DNA of 64,000 nucleotides from assembly GCF_017302975.1 (NCBI RefSeq), contig NZ_JAFIMT010000003.1. One strand, written 5' to 3'. Positions 9,236-18,282 of this stretch are shown piece by piece. The position numbers were made by a program, and so were the translations under genes. Numbering within the stretch: the first letter of the stretch is position 1; each line of letters starts with the position of its first letter. The notes under the pieces are model-generated. The model did no database searches and was not told the origin of the DNA. It saw only the letters and a program-made list of their open reading frames with translations. The DNA is from Corallococcus exiguus (GTDB lineage: Bacteria; Myxococcota; Myxococcia; Myxococcales; Myxococcaceae).

Positions 9236-9470
9236 GGAAGACGAGGCCGGAGACAGTCAGGGGGAGGAAAGGGAGCAGGTGTCCTCACGCGCGGGCCCAC
9301 GCGACCCACCAGTCCCGACGCCACCAGCGCCCCGCATCGCGGAGAGGGTGAGGCCCGGGAAGGGTTGGGAGGAGAACACCTCATCGGTTCGAACTGACCA
9401 CATTATGAGAGGCTGCGCAATTCGTGGACTTCAGATCGCACGAGGGAATCGAGCCTCGCGGGCGGGTGAC

Positions 9471-9926
9471 TCAGGGCGTCGGATGGGCCAGGGCGGGCTG
9501 GGCGCCGCGAGCGGCCTCGGCGGCGTCGCGCTTGAGGCCCACGAAGGTCCACATGCCGCCGCCGAAGTCGATGCAGGCGAAGAAGCCCATGATGGGCGGG
9601 CACTGCCCCAGCGCCGTGCAGATCAGCACCACGCCGGTGATGAAGGTGCGGCCCACGACGGCCCAGTGGAAGAAGGGGCGGATCTCCCGCACCGCGGCCT
9701 GGTGGGACATGAAGGACAGCGACGTGAGCAGTGAGCCGAACATGCGCACGGCGAAGTGGTGCGGATCCGCGGGGTCCGGCTGCATGCCCGCCACGGTGAG
9801 GAAGGTGGCGGGGCTCAGGAGCGTCAGCAGCGCCAGCGGCACCGTGTAGAAGGTCCAACCGTAGAGGGACCGGGCGGCATGGCTGAGCGAACCCCAGGCG
9901 GGGAAGACCTTCGGCGCGAAGAACAC
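9471..9926 (-). CDS. small integral membrane protein (DoxX-like?)
   Basis: GTG start at 9926. Several hydrophobic helices (WTFYTVPLALLTLLSPATFLTVAG; FITGVVLICTALG). Composition is unlike the overlapping Arg-rich ORFs. Sits 70 nt downstream of menA on the same strand. Confidence 0.4.
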   Translation of the reverse strand: MFFAPKVFPAWGSLSHAARSLYGWTFYTVPLALLTLLSPATFLTVAGMQPDPADPHHFAVRMFGSLLTSLSFMSHQAAVREIRPFFHWAVVGRTFITGVVLICTALGQCPPIMGFFACIDFGGGMWTFVGLKRDAAEAARGAQPALAHPTP

Positions 9927-9996
9927 GGGGGACTCCGGAGCGGGCGAAAACGGGGGATGGAACGGGAACGGGCGGGGGCTTGCGAGTCTAGCTGAA

Positions 9997-10923
9997 TCAG
10001 AGGCTGAGGCCGGCGGACAGGAGCACGGCGAACACCAGCCCCAGCCCCGCGGTGCGCCCCAGGTGCGGGTTGAGCGCGCCGCCGTCCTCGCGCCAGATGG
10101 CGCGGATCTGCACCGCCGCGAGCGGCAGGCCTGCCAGCGTGAAGAGCCACGCGCGCGGATGGGCCGGCGACAACGCCCAGGCGATCAGCGGCAGCGCGAA
10201 CGCCCCGGCCACCGCGAGCGTGTACTCCCACTGGCCGAAGCGGCGGCCAAAGCGCACCACCAGCGTGCGCTTGCCCGCGAGCACGTCCGTCTCACGGTCG
10301 CGCAGGTTGTTCACCGCGAGGATGCCCGCGGCGATGAGCCCCATGGACAGGCCCGCGAGCACCACGTCGCCGGAGAGATGGTGGGTGAGCACCCCGTAGC
10401 TGCCGGTGACGCCGAGCAGGCCGGAGATGAGCAGCACCAGCACGTCCCCCAGGCCCATGTAGCCCAGCGGCACGGGGCCCGCCGAATAGAGGACCGCGCC
10501 CGCCAGGCAGACGGCGCCGCCCACGAGCACGGGCCAGCCCCCTGCCTGCGTCAGCAGCAGCAGCGCGAGCGCGGCGCCGGTGAAGGCCAGGGCCGCGGCG
10601 GCCGCCACCTCGCGCGAGGTGAGCCAGCCCTTCTGCGTGACGCGCGCCTCCCCCAGCCGCGCCTCGGTGTCCGCGCCGCGCTCGAAGTCCGAGTAGTCGT
10701 TCACCAGGTTGCTGACGATCTGCGCCAGCATGAAGCCCACCAGGAAGGTCAGCGCCGGCACCGGCTGCCAGCCCCCTTCCACGTTGGCGAAGGCCCACCC
10801 CACCAGCGTGGGCGCGATGGACGCGGTGAGCGTCTTGGGACGCAGCGCGACCCACCAGATGCGGGCAAGGGAGGGCTTGGCTTCGACCGCGACACTCGAC
10901 GACGGGAGACTCGGAGTGGCCAT
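9997..10923 (-). CDS. menA: 1,4-dihydroxy-2-naphthoate polyprenyltransferase (UbiA superfamily)
   Basis: Polytopic membrane protein with a MenA-like N-terminus (RPKTLTASIAPTLVG), the Asp-rich prenyl-diphosphate motif NDYSDFERGAD, and a second RD-containing motif (NNLRDRETD). ATG at 10921-10923. Confidence 0.85.
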   Translation of the reverse strand: MATPSLPSSSVAVEAKPSLARIWWVALRPKTLTASIAPTLVGWAFANVEGGWQPVPALTFLVGFMLAQIVSNLVNDYSDFERGADTEARLGEARVTQKGWLTSREVAAAAALAFTGAALALLLLTQAGGWPVLVGGAVCLAGAVLYSAGPVPLGYMGLGDVLVLLISGLLGVTGSYGVLTHHLSGDVVLAGLSMGLIAAGILAVNNLRDRETDVLAGKRTLVVRFGRRFGQWEYTLAVAGAFALPLIAWALSPAHPRAWLFTLAGLPLAAVQIRAIWREDGGALNPHLGRTAGLGLVFAVLLSAGLSL

Positions 10924-11141
10924 GGATGTCCGGGGGAGGGCAGCAGGCGCACGGTAAAGCTACAGACCCGCCGACCGCAAGAGGAGCCAATGCTTCACAT
11001 CGGTTTTCCTCATGTATCACCTGTCTACACTCCGGCCCGCGTCCGCGTGACACAAAGCCAGACGCCAGTCCCATCTCGGGTAAATTCAGGAACAATCAGA
11101 AATACAGGCCATCCAGGGCCGCCGGGTGATAGAAGGCGGCC

Positions 11142-11831
11142 ATGAACTCGACCTCCTTGCCTTCCTCCCCTTCCCTTTCGCGCCGGAGCGCCGTGACGCT
11201 GCTGGGCGCGTTCGTGCTCACGCTCGCCGGCTGTCATCCGGTGCTCGCCATCGAGGACGCTCGCTCGCGCTCCAACGGATCGGAGGTGGTGGTGGAGGGC
11301 GCGGTGACCGTGGCGCCCGGAACGTTCTCCTCCGCCCTGGGCGATGAGGGCTTCGCCATCCAGGACGACAGCGGCGGCATCTACGTCAAGCTGGAGGAGA
11401 AGCTGTCCTTCGGGCTGGGGGCCCGCGTGCGCGTCTCCGGCACGCTGGACGAGCAGAACATGCTGCGCATCCTCAAGAGCGTGCCCGAGGACGTGGACCT
11501 GAAGTCGGGCACGGAGCAGGTGTCGCCCAAGGAAGTGACCACCGGCGGCGTGAACGAGTCCGTGGAGGGCCAGCTCATCCGCGCGAGTGGTGCCATCACC
11601 CAGGCGTTCCAGGACGACTCGCCCTACGGCTACAAGCTCTACATCGACGACGGCACCGGCGAGGTGCAGGTGTTCGTCCACGTCTCCGCCGGCTTCGACA
11701 AGGCTTCGCTCCAGGCCCTCACCGTGGGTCAGCGCATCGCCGTGGTGGGGCTGGCCGCGCAGTATGAGACGACCTACGAGGTGGCGCCCCGCATGCCGGG
11801 CGACCTCTCGGTGCTGAGCGCCGCGCCCTGA
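11142..11831 (+). CDS. lipoprotein with OB-fold-like domain, unknown function
   Basis: Lipobox LTLAGC. Shine-Dalgarno GAAGGCGG 5 nt upstream of the ATG. A beta-rich segment (VVVEGAVTV...VRVSGTL) resembles OB-fold/YgiW-type domains. Divergent from menA. Confidence 0.7.
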   Translation: MNSTSLPSSPSLSRRSAVTLLGAFVLTLAGCHPVLAIEDARSRSNGSEVVVEGAVTVAPGTFSSALGDEGFAIQDDSGGIYVKLEEKLSFGLGARVRVSGTLDEQNMLRILKSVPEDVDLKSGTEQVSPKEVTTGGVNESVEGQLIRASGAITQAFQDDSPYGYKLYIDDGTGEVQVFVHVSAGFDKASLQALTVGQRIAVVGLAAQYETTYEVAPRMPGDLSVLSAAP

Positions 11832-12040
11832 CAGCAGCCAGGCGCCCCTGGGTATGTAGCACCCCAGGCGCCAGACGCAGGGTCCGCGGGCCGTTGGCTT
11901 TCGTGCAGGGCTCCGGATGTGTGCCTGGGGGCGGATGCACGAAAGCCAACGCGCGCCTGACAAGGGGACAGGCGGGCAGGTTCCAAGCGTACGCGCAGTG
12001 CCAATCCATCCGAGTCCCTGGCGGACGAACGAGGGCTGGC

Positions 12041-14491
12041 ATGGACGGACTTCGAGGAACAGCAGCGGTCTTGCTTGCGTGCGCGGGCCTGTGGGCCCCG
12101 GGCACCGCGTGGGCACAGGCGCCCGACGAGGACGACTCCGGCGACGTGATGTCGGAGGAGAAGCTGGAGGCCCTGCTCGACACGCCGACGGCGCAGCCCT
12201 CGCAGGACGAGGTGACGGCGGAGGCCTTCGGGCCGGAGCGGCTCTCGACCTACTTCGCGGAAGGCCTGCTGGCGAAGGCGAAGGCGGAGTTCGACCGCGG
12301 CCGGTACAAGTCCGCTCGGGCGCTGCTCGCGACGGAGTCGCCCCCTTCCCTCCCCGGCCGCTTCCTCCAGGCGCAGAGCGCGTTCCTCGCGCGGGATTTC
12401 ACGACCGCCGCCGCGGAGTTCACCGCGCTCGCGGAGGACTACGTGCCACTGCGCGACCACTGCCTGATGAAGGCCGCGCAGTCGCATGAGCGGCTGCGCA
12501 AGCCGCTGCGCGCGGCGGAGCAGTATGGTCTGGTGAGCCCGGGCTCACCGCTCTACCCGGAGGCCCGCTTCACCATGGCGCGCGTGCTCAAGCGCCAGCT
12601 GAAGATCCCGGAGGCGCTGGCCGCGCTCCAGGAGTTCATCGACAGCCGGCAGGCCCGCGGGCCGGACGCGCTGCGGATGAAGGCGCTGCTCGCCTACTGC
12701 GACCTGGCGCGCGCGGCGGGGCAGTACAACGCCGAGCACCGCGCGCTGCTGGAGGTCTGGGCCACCGCGCCCCTGTCGCCGGAGGCGGACCGCGCGAAGG
12801 CCCTGCTGCGCGACCTGCCCCTGCCCATGAAGTGGCGCGTGCGCCGCGCGGAGGCGCTGGTGGAGCTGCACCAGAACGTCCCGGCCATGAACATGCTGGC
12901 CCGCTCGGGGCCCCGCACGGAGCTTCCTGACGAGCTGGCCTGCCGCGCCCAGCTCACCCTGGGCCGCGCCCTGCGCAAGGAGCGTCAGCACCGCCGCGCC
13001 ATCCAGGTGCTGGAGCCGGTGGCGCGCGAGTGCCAGTCGCCGGAGCAGCGGCCACAGGCGCTCTACCTGCTCGCCTATTCGCAGTCCGTGGTGCAGCCCG
13101 AAGCGGCGGTGGACACGTACGCCACGCTGGCGCGGGACTACCCGGAGCACGGCTACGCGGACGACGCGCTGTTCTTCGAAGCCTGGACGCAGCAGCGCCT
13201 GGGCCGCGCGGACGAGGCGCTGGAGAACTACGAGGCGCTGGCGAAGCGCTACCCCGCCGGCAACTTCGCCGCCGAGGCCCTCTTCCGCGCCTTCTGGCTG
13301 CACCAGCGCAAGGGCGAGACGCAGCAGGGCCTGGCCTCGCTGATGTCGGTGGAGCAGCTGCCGGAGGCCGCGCGCACGGACGACGCACTCTGGCGTGCGC
13401 GCTACTGGCAGGCGCGGACCCAGGAGAACGCCGGCGCGCTGGACCCGGCGCTCGCGCGCTACGAGCTCATCGCCACCGAGCGGCCCACGGCCTGGTACGG
13501 CCTCTTGTCCCGCACGCGGCTGGCGCAGCACGCACCGGAGCGGCTGGCGCGGTTGACGGAAACCGCCGCGCAACCGGCCGTGGCGAAGACCTTGAACACC
13601 GCCGCGCCGGCCAACGACGAGGTCTGGCCCCTGCCCCCGGGCCCGCTCCAGAAGGATGCGCGCTTCGCGGCGGGCGTGGAGCTCTTGCGCCTGGGACAGC
13701 CGGGCGTGGTGGAGGAGCTGCTCGCGGTGGACACGCGCGGCCTGGCGGAGGCGCCCGCGCGGCTGCTCTACCAGACCATGCGCCGCACCGGCCGGGGCCG
13801 GGCCACGCGACAGGTGGCCCGCGTGACGCTGCGCCAGGAGGCCGCCGGGCCGCTCAGCGCCGCGTCCCGTCCGGTGTGGGAGGCGACGTGGCCGCTCGCG
13901 TTCCGGCCGCTCATCCAGAGCTATTCGAAGGCCGCTCGCGTGGACCCCGACCTCCTGCAGGGCCTCATCCGCGAGGAGAGCCGGTTCAACCCGCGCGCGC
14001 GCTCGTCCACCGGCGCGCTGGGGCTCGCGCAGCTCATGCCCACGACGGCGCAGGCGGTGGCGGACTCGCTCAAGCTGGCATCGTTCGAGATGTCGTCGCT
14101 GCTCCAGCCCGCGCCGAACATCCGGCTGGGGGCGGCGTACCTGGGCTCGCTGCTCAAGCACTTCGACGGCAACCCCGCCTACGCGGTGGCCGCCTACAAC
14201 GCGGGCCCCAACGCGGTGGAGCGCTGGCGCAAGGCCCTGCCCCAGGCGGAGCTGGACGAGTGGGTGGAGCACATCGCCTTCGACGAGACCCGCGACTACG
14301 TGAAGCGCGTGCTCAGCAGCTACAGCACCTACAAGCTGCTCTACGCCAACGAAGTCCCCGCCTCCTTCGCGCCGGCCCGCAAGGCGCCGCTGGAGGCCGC
14401 GCGCACGCCCACGATGAGCCCTGCGTCGGGTGTGGGCGGCAGCGGCCGGAATGTGGCGACGCCCACGTCCTCCGTCACCGGAAGACGCTAG
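12041..14491 (+). CDS. slt: soluble lytic murein transglycosylase (TPR/superhelical N-terminal region plus SLT catalytic domain)
   Basis: Signal peptide from the ATG at 12041 (GAGGG SD 6 nt upstream). Long Ala/Leu-rich helical repeat region. C-terminal SLT domain with catalytic Glu in IREESRFNPRARSSTGALGLAQLMP, then AAYNAGPNAV. The track start at 11894 is an artificial extension. Confidence 0.85.
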   Translation: MDGLRGTAAVLLACAGLWAPGTAWAQAPDEDDSGDVMSEEKLEALLDTPTAQPSQDEVTAEAFGPERLSTYFAEGLLAKAKAEFDRGRYKSARALLATESPPSLPGRFLQAQSAFLARDFTTAAAEFTALAEDYVPLRDHCLMKAAQSHERLRKPLRAAEQYGLVSPGSPLYPEARFTMARVLKRQLKIPEALAALQEFIDSRQARGPDALRMKALLAYCDLARAAGQYNAEHRALLEVWATAPLSPEADRAKALLRDLPLPMKWRVRRAEALVELHQNVPAMNMLARSGPRTELPDELACRAQLTLGRALRKERQHRRAIQVLEPVARECQSPEQRPQALYLLAYSQSVVQPEAAVDTYATLARDYPEHGYADDALFFEAWTQQRLGRADEALENYEALAKRYPAGNFAAEALFRAFWLHQRKGETQQGLASLMSVEQLPEAARTDDALWRARYWQARTQENAGALDPALARYELIATERPTAWYGLLSRTRLAQHAPERLARLTETAAQPAVAKTLNTAAPANDEVWPLPPGPLQKDARFAAGVELLRLGQPGVVEELLAVDTRGLAEAPARLLYQTMRRTGRGRATRQVARVTLRQEAAGPLSAASRPVWEATWPLAFRPLIQSYSKAARVDPDLLQGLIREESRFNPRARSSTGALGLAQLMPTTAQAVADSLKLASFEMSSLLQPAPNIRLGAAYLGSLLKHFDGNPAYAVAAYNAGPNAVERWRKALPQAELDEWVEHIAFDETRDYVKRVLSSYSTYKLLYANEVPASFAPARKAPLEAARTPTMSPASGVGGSGRNVATPTSSVTGRR

Positions 14492-14497
14492 GCGGCA

Positions 14498-14527
14498 CGC
14501 CGGACGGGTCCGTGCTCCCGTCCGGCG
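14498..14527. terminator. GC-rich perfect hairpin between convergent slt and lipoprotein genes (possible bidirectional terminator)
   Basis: An 11-bp stem (cgccggacggg / cccgtccggcg) around an 8-nt loop, 7 nt after the slt stop codon. No U-tract on either strand, as is common in high-GC genomes. Confidence 0.4.
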
Positions 14528-14546
14528 CTTGGACCGCGGGTTCGCG

Positions 14547-15362
14547 CTACTTCACGCCCGTGGGCTGGGTGATGGACTCGGAGCGGATGGTGTACTGGCC
14601 AGCGATGGCGTTCGTGTCGATGCCCGTGAAGTGACGGTACGGGTACGCGCCATCCGCGACGGTCTCGATGAACTCCACCGAGTCACCGGTGATGGACTTG
14701 CCGTTGATGTCCACGGTGAAGGTGTTCTTCTCCGAGTCCAGGCGCCACACGCACGCGCCCACGTTCGTCTCCGCGGAGCCGGTGGACAGACCGTCGATGT
14801 CGAAGTCGTTCAGGAAGTGGTGGTGCATCTCCGCCCAGCGGAGGAAGTCCCGCCAGTTGGTGAAGGTGATCATCAGCCCGGCCGGCTGCGGGCTGGAGCC
14901 CTGGAGCACGCCGCCCCGGTAGATGTTCATCCGGTACGCGGAGCCGCCCGGCGAGCCCGTGAACGTGGGCAGGATGTTGACCGTGTTCGCCTCGCGGCCC
15001 GGCGTCACCTTCAGCGTGCTGACGACCTGGTCGCCATCACGCGCGGCCAGCTGGTAGCCGCCCTGCGCCCCCAGGCTGAACGCCACGCGCTGCTCCCACT
15101 TCACGGCCTGCGTGAAGCTGCTGGAGACGCCGTCCTTCTGGGTCGTGAGGTTGGACACCGCCAGCCCGTCCGCGACGGCATCCACCTTCGCGCGGCCCAG
15201 CGCGCAGCTGGTGATGCCTTCGAACTTCTTCACGCACTGGGACGCCGCGGCTTCCTGCGCGTTCAGGGAACCGGAGGCCTGGCCGTCGTCGGCACCGCCC
15301 GCGCAACCCGTGATGCCGAGCAGCATGGAAGCCAGCAGGGAACCCGTGATCTTCAAATGCAT
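14547..15362 (-). CDS. lipoprotein, unknown function
   Basis: Lipobox LLGITGC after MHLKITGSLLASM. Protein-like composition (W, Y, F, N, T-rich beta). ATG at 15360-15362. Confidence 0.7.
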   Translation of the reverse strand: MHLKITGSLLASMLLGITGCAGGADDGQASGSLNAQEAAASQCVKKFEGITSCALGRAKVDAVADGLAVSNLTTQKDGVSSSFTQAVKWEQRVAFSLGAQGGYQLAARDGDQVVSTLKVTPGREANTVNILPTFTGSPGGSAYRMNIYRGGVLQGSSPQPAGLMITFTNWRDFLRWAEMHHHFLNDFDIDGLSTGSAETNVGACVWRLDSEKNTFTVDINGKSITGDSVEFIETVADGAYPYRHFTGIDTNAIAGQYTIRSESITQPTGVK

Positions 15363-15679
15363 CCGCTACCTCATGGAGTGGGGTGGACTGCGCGCCGGAC
15401 CACTGCACCCCGCGCGCCAACACACCGAGTCCGTCTGCTTCACTCGTGTCATTCATTGATTGAGAAAACGGAGTAGCGCCAAATGTCACATGAAACATGC
15501 GGTTTTGTAGCAAGCCGGGTCTCACACGGAGCGTCAGGAGCACCCACTCGCGGGCGAAGCCTGAAACGGGGATTCAAGGGATGAACCGGACGCGGGCGGA
15601 ACTTTGCCGTGGCGCACAACTCCCCAGGGGGTTCGGCGGATAATCTGGGGAGCGCGGTTCCTCCCCCGGACTCCCCAAC

Positions 15680-17110
15680 ATGGCCTCGAAGATCAACGAC
15701 AGCTCGCGTCCCCTCACCTCCGTCTCGCGGCTGTCCTCGCAGGACGCCCGGACGAATGAGGCGAAGTCCCGGAACCGCCCCCTCGCGTTCAAGGACGGCT
15801 TCGAGTCCTCCACCACGAAGCCCGCGCCCGGCCAGCTGCCGCGGCTGCCCGCGCCGCCTCCGATCCTGGGGCTGCCCGCGCCCACCACCCCGACGCCCGC
15901 GCCGACGACGCCGGTGCCTCCGGAGGCGCCCACCGAGCCGCCCGTGTCGGTCGACTCGGATCCGATGACGCACATCGAGTACCTGGCCTCGGACGCGCTG
16001 CAGGGACGTGACAGCCCCTCCGCGGGCCTGGACGCCGCCTCCGTCTACGTGCAGGCCCACGCGGAGAAGTACGGGCTCGTGGGGCCCAACATCAACAACC
16101 CGGAGAACCCCTTCCAGCAGAAGTTCAACGTCTACTCGTGGCTGGGCGCGGACAAGGCGGGCGAGACGGCGGGCGCGGCGCACGCAGGGCATGCCGAGCA
16201 CAAGCAGTTCGGCCACACGATGTTCCAGGAGGGCTTCTACCTGGACGAGAAGATGCCCAAGGACACGCTGAAGAAGCTCAACCAGCAGTACGAGCAGACA
16301 ATGAAGGCGGCGGGCCAGTCGGTGGTGCCGGCGCGCGCGGGCAAGCAGCGCAGCGTGGAGGAGCTCAAGCAGGTGGCCACGGCCACGGGCCAGGCCGTGA
16401 ACACCATGGCCATGCTGCCCGGCACCGGCCCCCACAAGGACGAGGTCATCGTGGTGATGGCCCACCTGGACCACGTGGGCGTGGACCGCAAGGGCAACCC
16501 GTACAACGGCGCGGACGACAACGCGTCCGGCAGCGCGGTGCTGATGGCGGCGGTGCCGGAGCTGGCGGAGGCCGCGAAGAACGGCAAGTTGGACCGCTCC
16601 GTGCTCTTCATCTGGACGGGCGCGGAGGAGAAGGGCCTGGTGGGCTCGCAGTACTTCGTGGACCACCCCATCCCCGGCCTGGAGCTGAAGGACATCGCCG
16701 GCGTCATCAACACGGACATGGTGGGCCGCTGGGATGATCAGCGCCTGTCCGTGGTGGACACCAACACCAAGGGCCAGCCCAACTACTTCCGCGACGTGGT
16801 GGACCAGGCGAACCAGCAGCTGGCGGATCCGTTCGACCGCATCAACCGCGACATCAACGTCTACCGCGACCGGCAGGACGGCGCGTCCTTCGGGCGCAAG
16901 GGCGAGGACGTGCTCTTCCTCTTCGAGGGCCTGTCCAACCCCAATGGCGGCGGCGACCTCATCCCCGAGTACCACCGGCAGGATGACGACATCGACAAGA
17001 TCATCGAGGACAACGGCGGCAACAAGCCCCGCCGCGTGAAGGACCTGCTCCTCAACGTCATCAACATCGCGGCGAACCGCACGACGGAGCCGCAGCAGCA
17101 GCCGAAGTAG
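15680..17110 (+). CDS. M28-family zinc aminopeptidase with a ~95-aa Pro/Thr-rich disordered N-terminal extension
   Basis: M28 metal-ligand motifs HLDHVG, GADDNASG, TGAEEKGLVGS and DMVG. There is no signal peptide at the annotated ATG. Confidence 0.85.
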   Translation: MASKINDSSRPLTSVSRLSSQDARTNEAKSRNRPLAFKDGFESSTTKPAPGQLPRLPAPPPILGLPAPTTPTPAPTTPVPPEAPTEPPVSVDSDPMTHIEYLASDALQGRDSPSAGLDAASVYVQAHAEKYGLVGPNINNPENPFQQKFNVYSWLGADKAGETAGAAHAGHAEHKQFGHTMFQEGFYLDEKMPKDTLKKLNQQYEQTMKAAGQSVVPARAGKQRSVEELKQVATATGQAVNTMAMLPGTGPHKDEVIVVMAHLDHVGVDRKGNPYNGADDNASGSAVLMAAVPELAEAAKNGKLDRSVLFIWTGAEEKGLVGSQYFVDHPIPGLELKDIAGVINTDMVGRWDDQRLSVVDTNTKGQPNYFRDVVDQANQQLADPFDRINRDINVYRDRQDGASFGRKGEDVLFLFEGLSNPNGGGDLIPEYHRQDDDIDKIIEDNGGNKPRRVKDLLLNVINIAANRTTEPQQQPK

Positions 17111-17124
17111 CGGACAGCGGCACC

Positions 17125-17153
17125 CTCCGCCGGAAGGAGCACTTCCGGCGGGG
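17125..17153. terminator. hairpin between convergent M28 peptidase and desaturase genes
   Basis: A 10-bp stem (ccgccggaag / cttccggcgg) with a 5-nt loop, starting 15 nt after the peptidase stop codon. Confidence 0.4.
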
Positions 17154-17179
17154 AGCTTCCAACGGGGACAGCGGGACCG

Positions 17180-18064
17180 CTAGGCGGCCAGCTTCTCCCC
17201 GCTGCCTTCCACGGGCCTGCCGGAGAGCGCGGCGACCTCGTGCTCGCTCAGCACGAGCTTCGCTTCGGAGCCGCTCCAGACGAACGGGATGCCCGGCTGG
17301 CGGTACAGGTTCGCGGGGATCTCCTGCGCCAACTGCGCGTGCAGCTCCGGCAGCTTGGACCAGTGCAGACCGTGCCGCGTGTGATGCGCGGTGTGGTAGC
17401 CCAGGTTGCCCGTCATCAGGTTGTAGCCCTTGTGGAGGATGTTGTACGAGGCCTCCGAGTGGTTGGCCGTCTCCAGGCCCACGTGGTGGAAGTACGTGGC
17501 CCAGGTCGTCACGTAGAGCGACGCCATCATGGGCAAGAGGAACACGAAGAGCGCGTTGTAGGGGTTCACCCAGAACAGGCCCGCCAGCAGCACCACCTGG
17601 AGCGCGGCCATCCACACGAACACGCGCAGCGCCTTGGGGTGATGCTTCTTCCCCACGTGGAACGCGCGCGGGTACGCGGTCAGCGCCGTGCTCAGCGAGT
17701 ACTCCACCTCGCCCATCGTCGAGCCGTCATCCCGCTTCCAGCGCGACTCGTCCTGCGTCTGGTCCAGGTAGTTCTTGTGGTGGCCCAGCACGTGGTGGAG
17801 GAACCACGCCTGCGACGTCACGCCCGTCTGGAAGCCGAAGACGATCTCCAACAGGCGGTTGGGCAGCGCGTGCTTGAAGAAGGACAGGTGCTGGTGGTGG
17901 TGGTTCCACGAGCAGATCCATCCCTTGGGGATGATGCCCAGCCCGAACCACAGCACCGGGATCCACCAGCTCTGGGCCGTGAGGAACACCGTCACGTCGA
18001 GCGCGAACACGCCAAGGAACATCAGGACCGGGATGCGATCTTCAGGGTGCCGGAACAGGGTCAT
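17180..18064 (-). CDS. membrane fatty-acid desaturase / hydroxylase-family di-iron enzyme (three His boxes)
   Basis: His boxes HHHQH, HHVLGHH and HTAHH separated by hydrophobic helices. True ATG (MTLFRHPEDR...) at 18064; the track extension to 18169 is artificial. Divergent from the haem-oxygenase-like gene. Confidence 0.8.
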   Translation of the reverse strand: MTLFRHPEDRIPVLMFLGVFALDVTVFLTAQSWWIPVLWFGLGIIPKGWICSWNHHHQHLSFFKHALPNRLLEIVFGFQTGVTSQAWFLHHVLGHHKNYLDQTQDESRWKRDDGSTMGEVEYSLSTALTAYPRAFHVGKKHHPKALRVFVWMAALQVVLLAGLFWVNPYNALFVFLLPMMASLYVTTWATYFHHVGLETANHSEASYNILHKGYNLMTGNLGYHTAHHTRHGLHWSKLPELHAQLAQEIPANLYRQPGIPFVWSGSEAKLVLSEHEVAALSGRPVEGSGEKLAA

Positions 18065-18282
18065 GGGCTTCCGAGACAAGTGGGCCGGGGCAAAAATGCC
18101 GCTTTTCCAACTGTAGGCTGCATTCCCCACCCCGAACAGCCCGCCCTTGTCCGCCTGCACGTTCCACACTGGCGGTAAACAACGTAGTCACGTTGTACTT
18201 GTCTTTCCACATTTCCAAGAATCACAGTCCTGCTTTGTGATAAACGCCGACCCAGCCCTTTTGGACCACCCTGGAGGCGGCA

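Noticed and set aside
9403-9858. Alternative ORFs overlapping the small membrane protein region (9403..9858 minus strand, 9424..9849 plus strand)
   Set aside because: Arg/Gly/Pro-rich translations. The 9471..9926 frame gives coherent hydrophobic helices, although that gene call itself is only moderate confidence.
10063-11145. 360-aa plus-strand ORF and 267-aa minus-strand ORF overlapping menA
   Set aside because: Arg/Gly-rich, low-complexity translations. The menA frame has the UbiA Asp-rich motifs and polytopic hydrophobicity.
12545-14272. 575-aa minus-strand ORF antisense to slt, and the 534-aa plus-strand alternate-frame ORF at 13030..14634
   Set aside because: Arg/Gly/Leu-dominated antisense artefacts. 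The slt frame carries the SLT catalytic motif and a signal peptide.
15449-16975. 508-aa minus-strand ORF antisense to the M28 peptidase gene
   Set aside because: Arg/Gly/Val-rich with no motif. The sense frame has a full set of M28 metal ligands.
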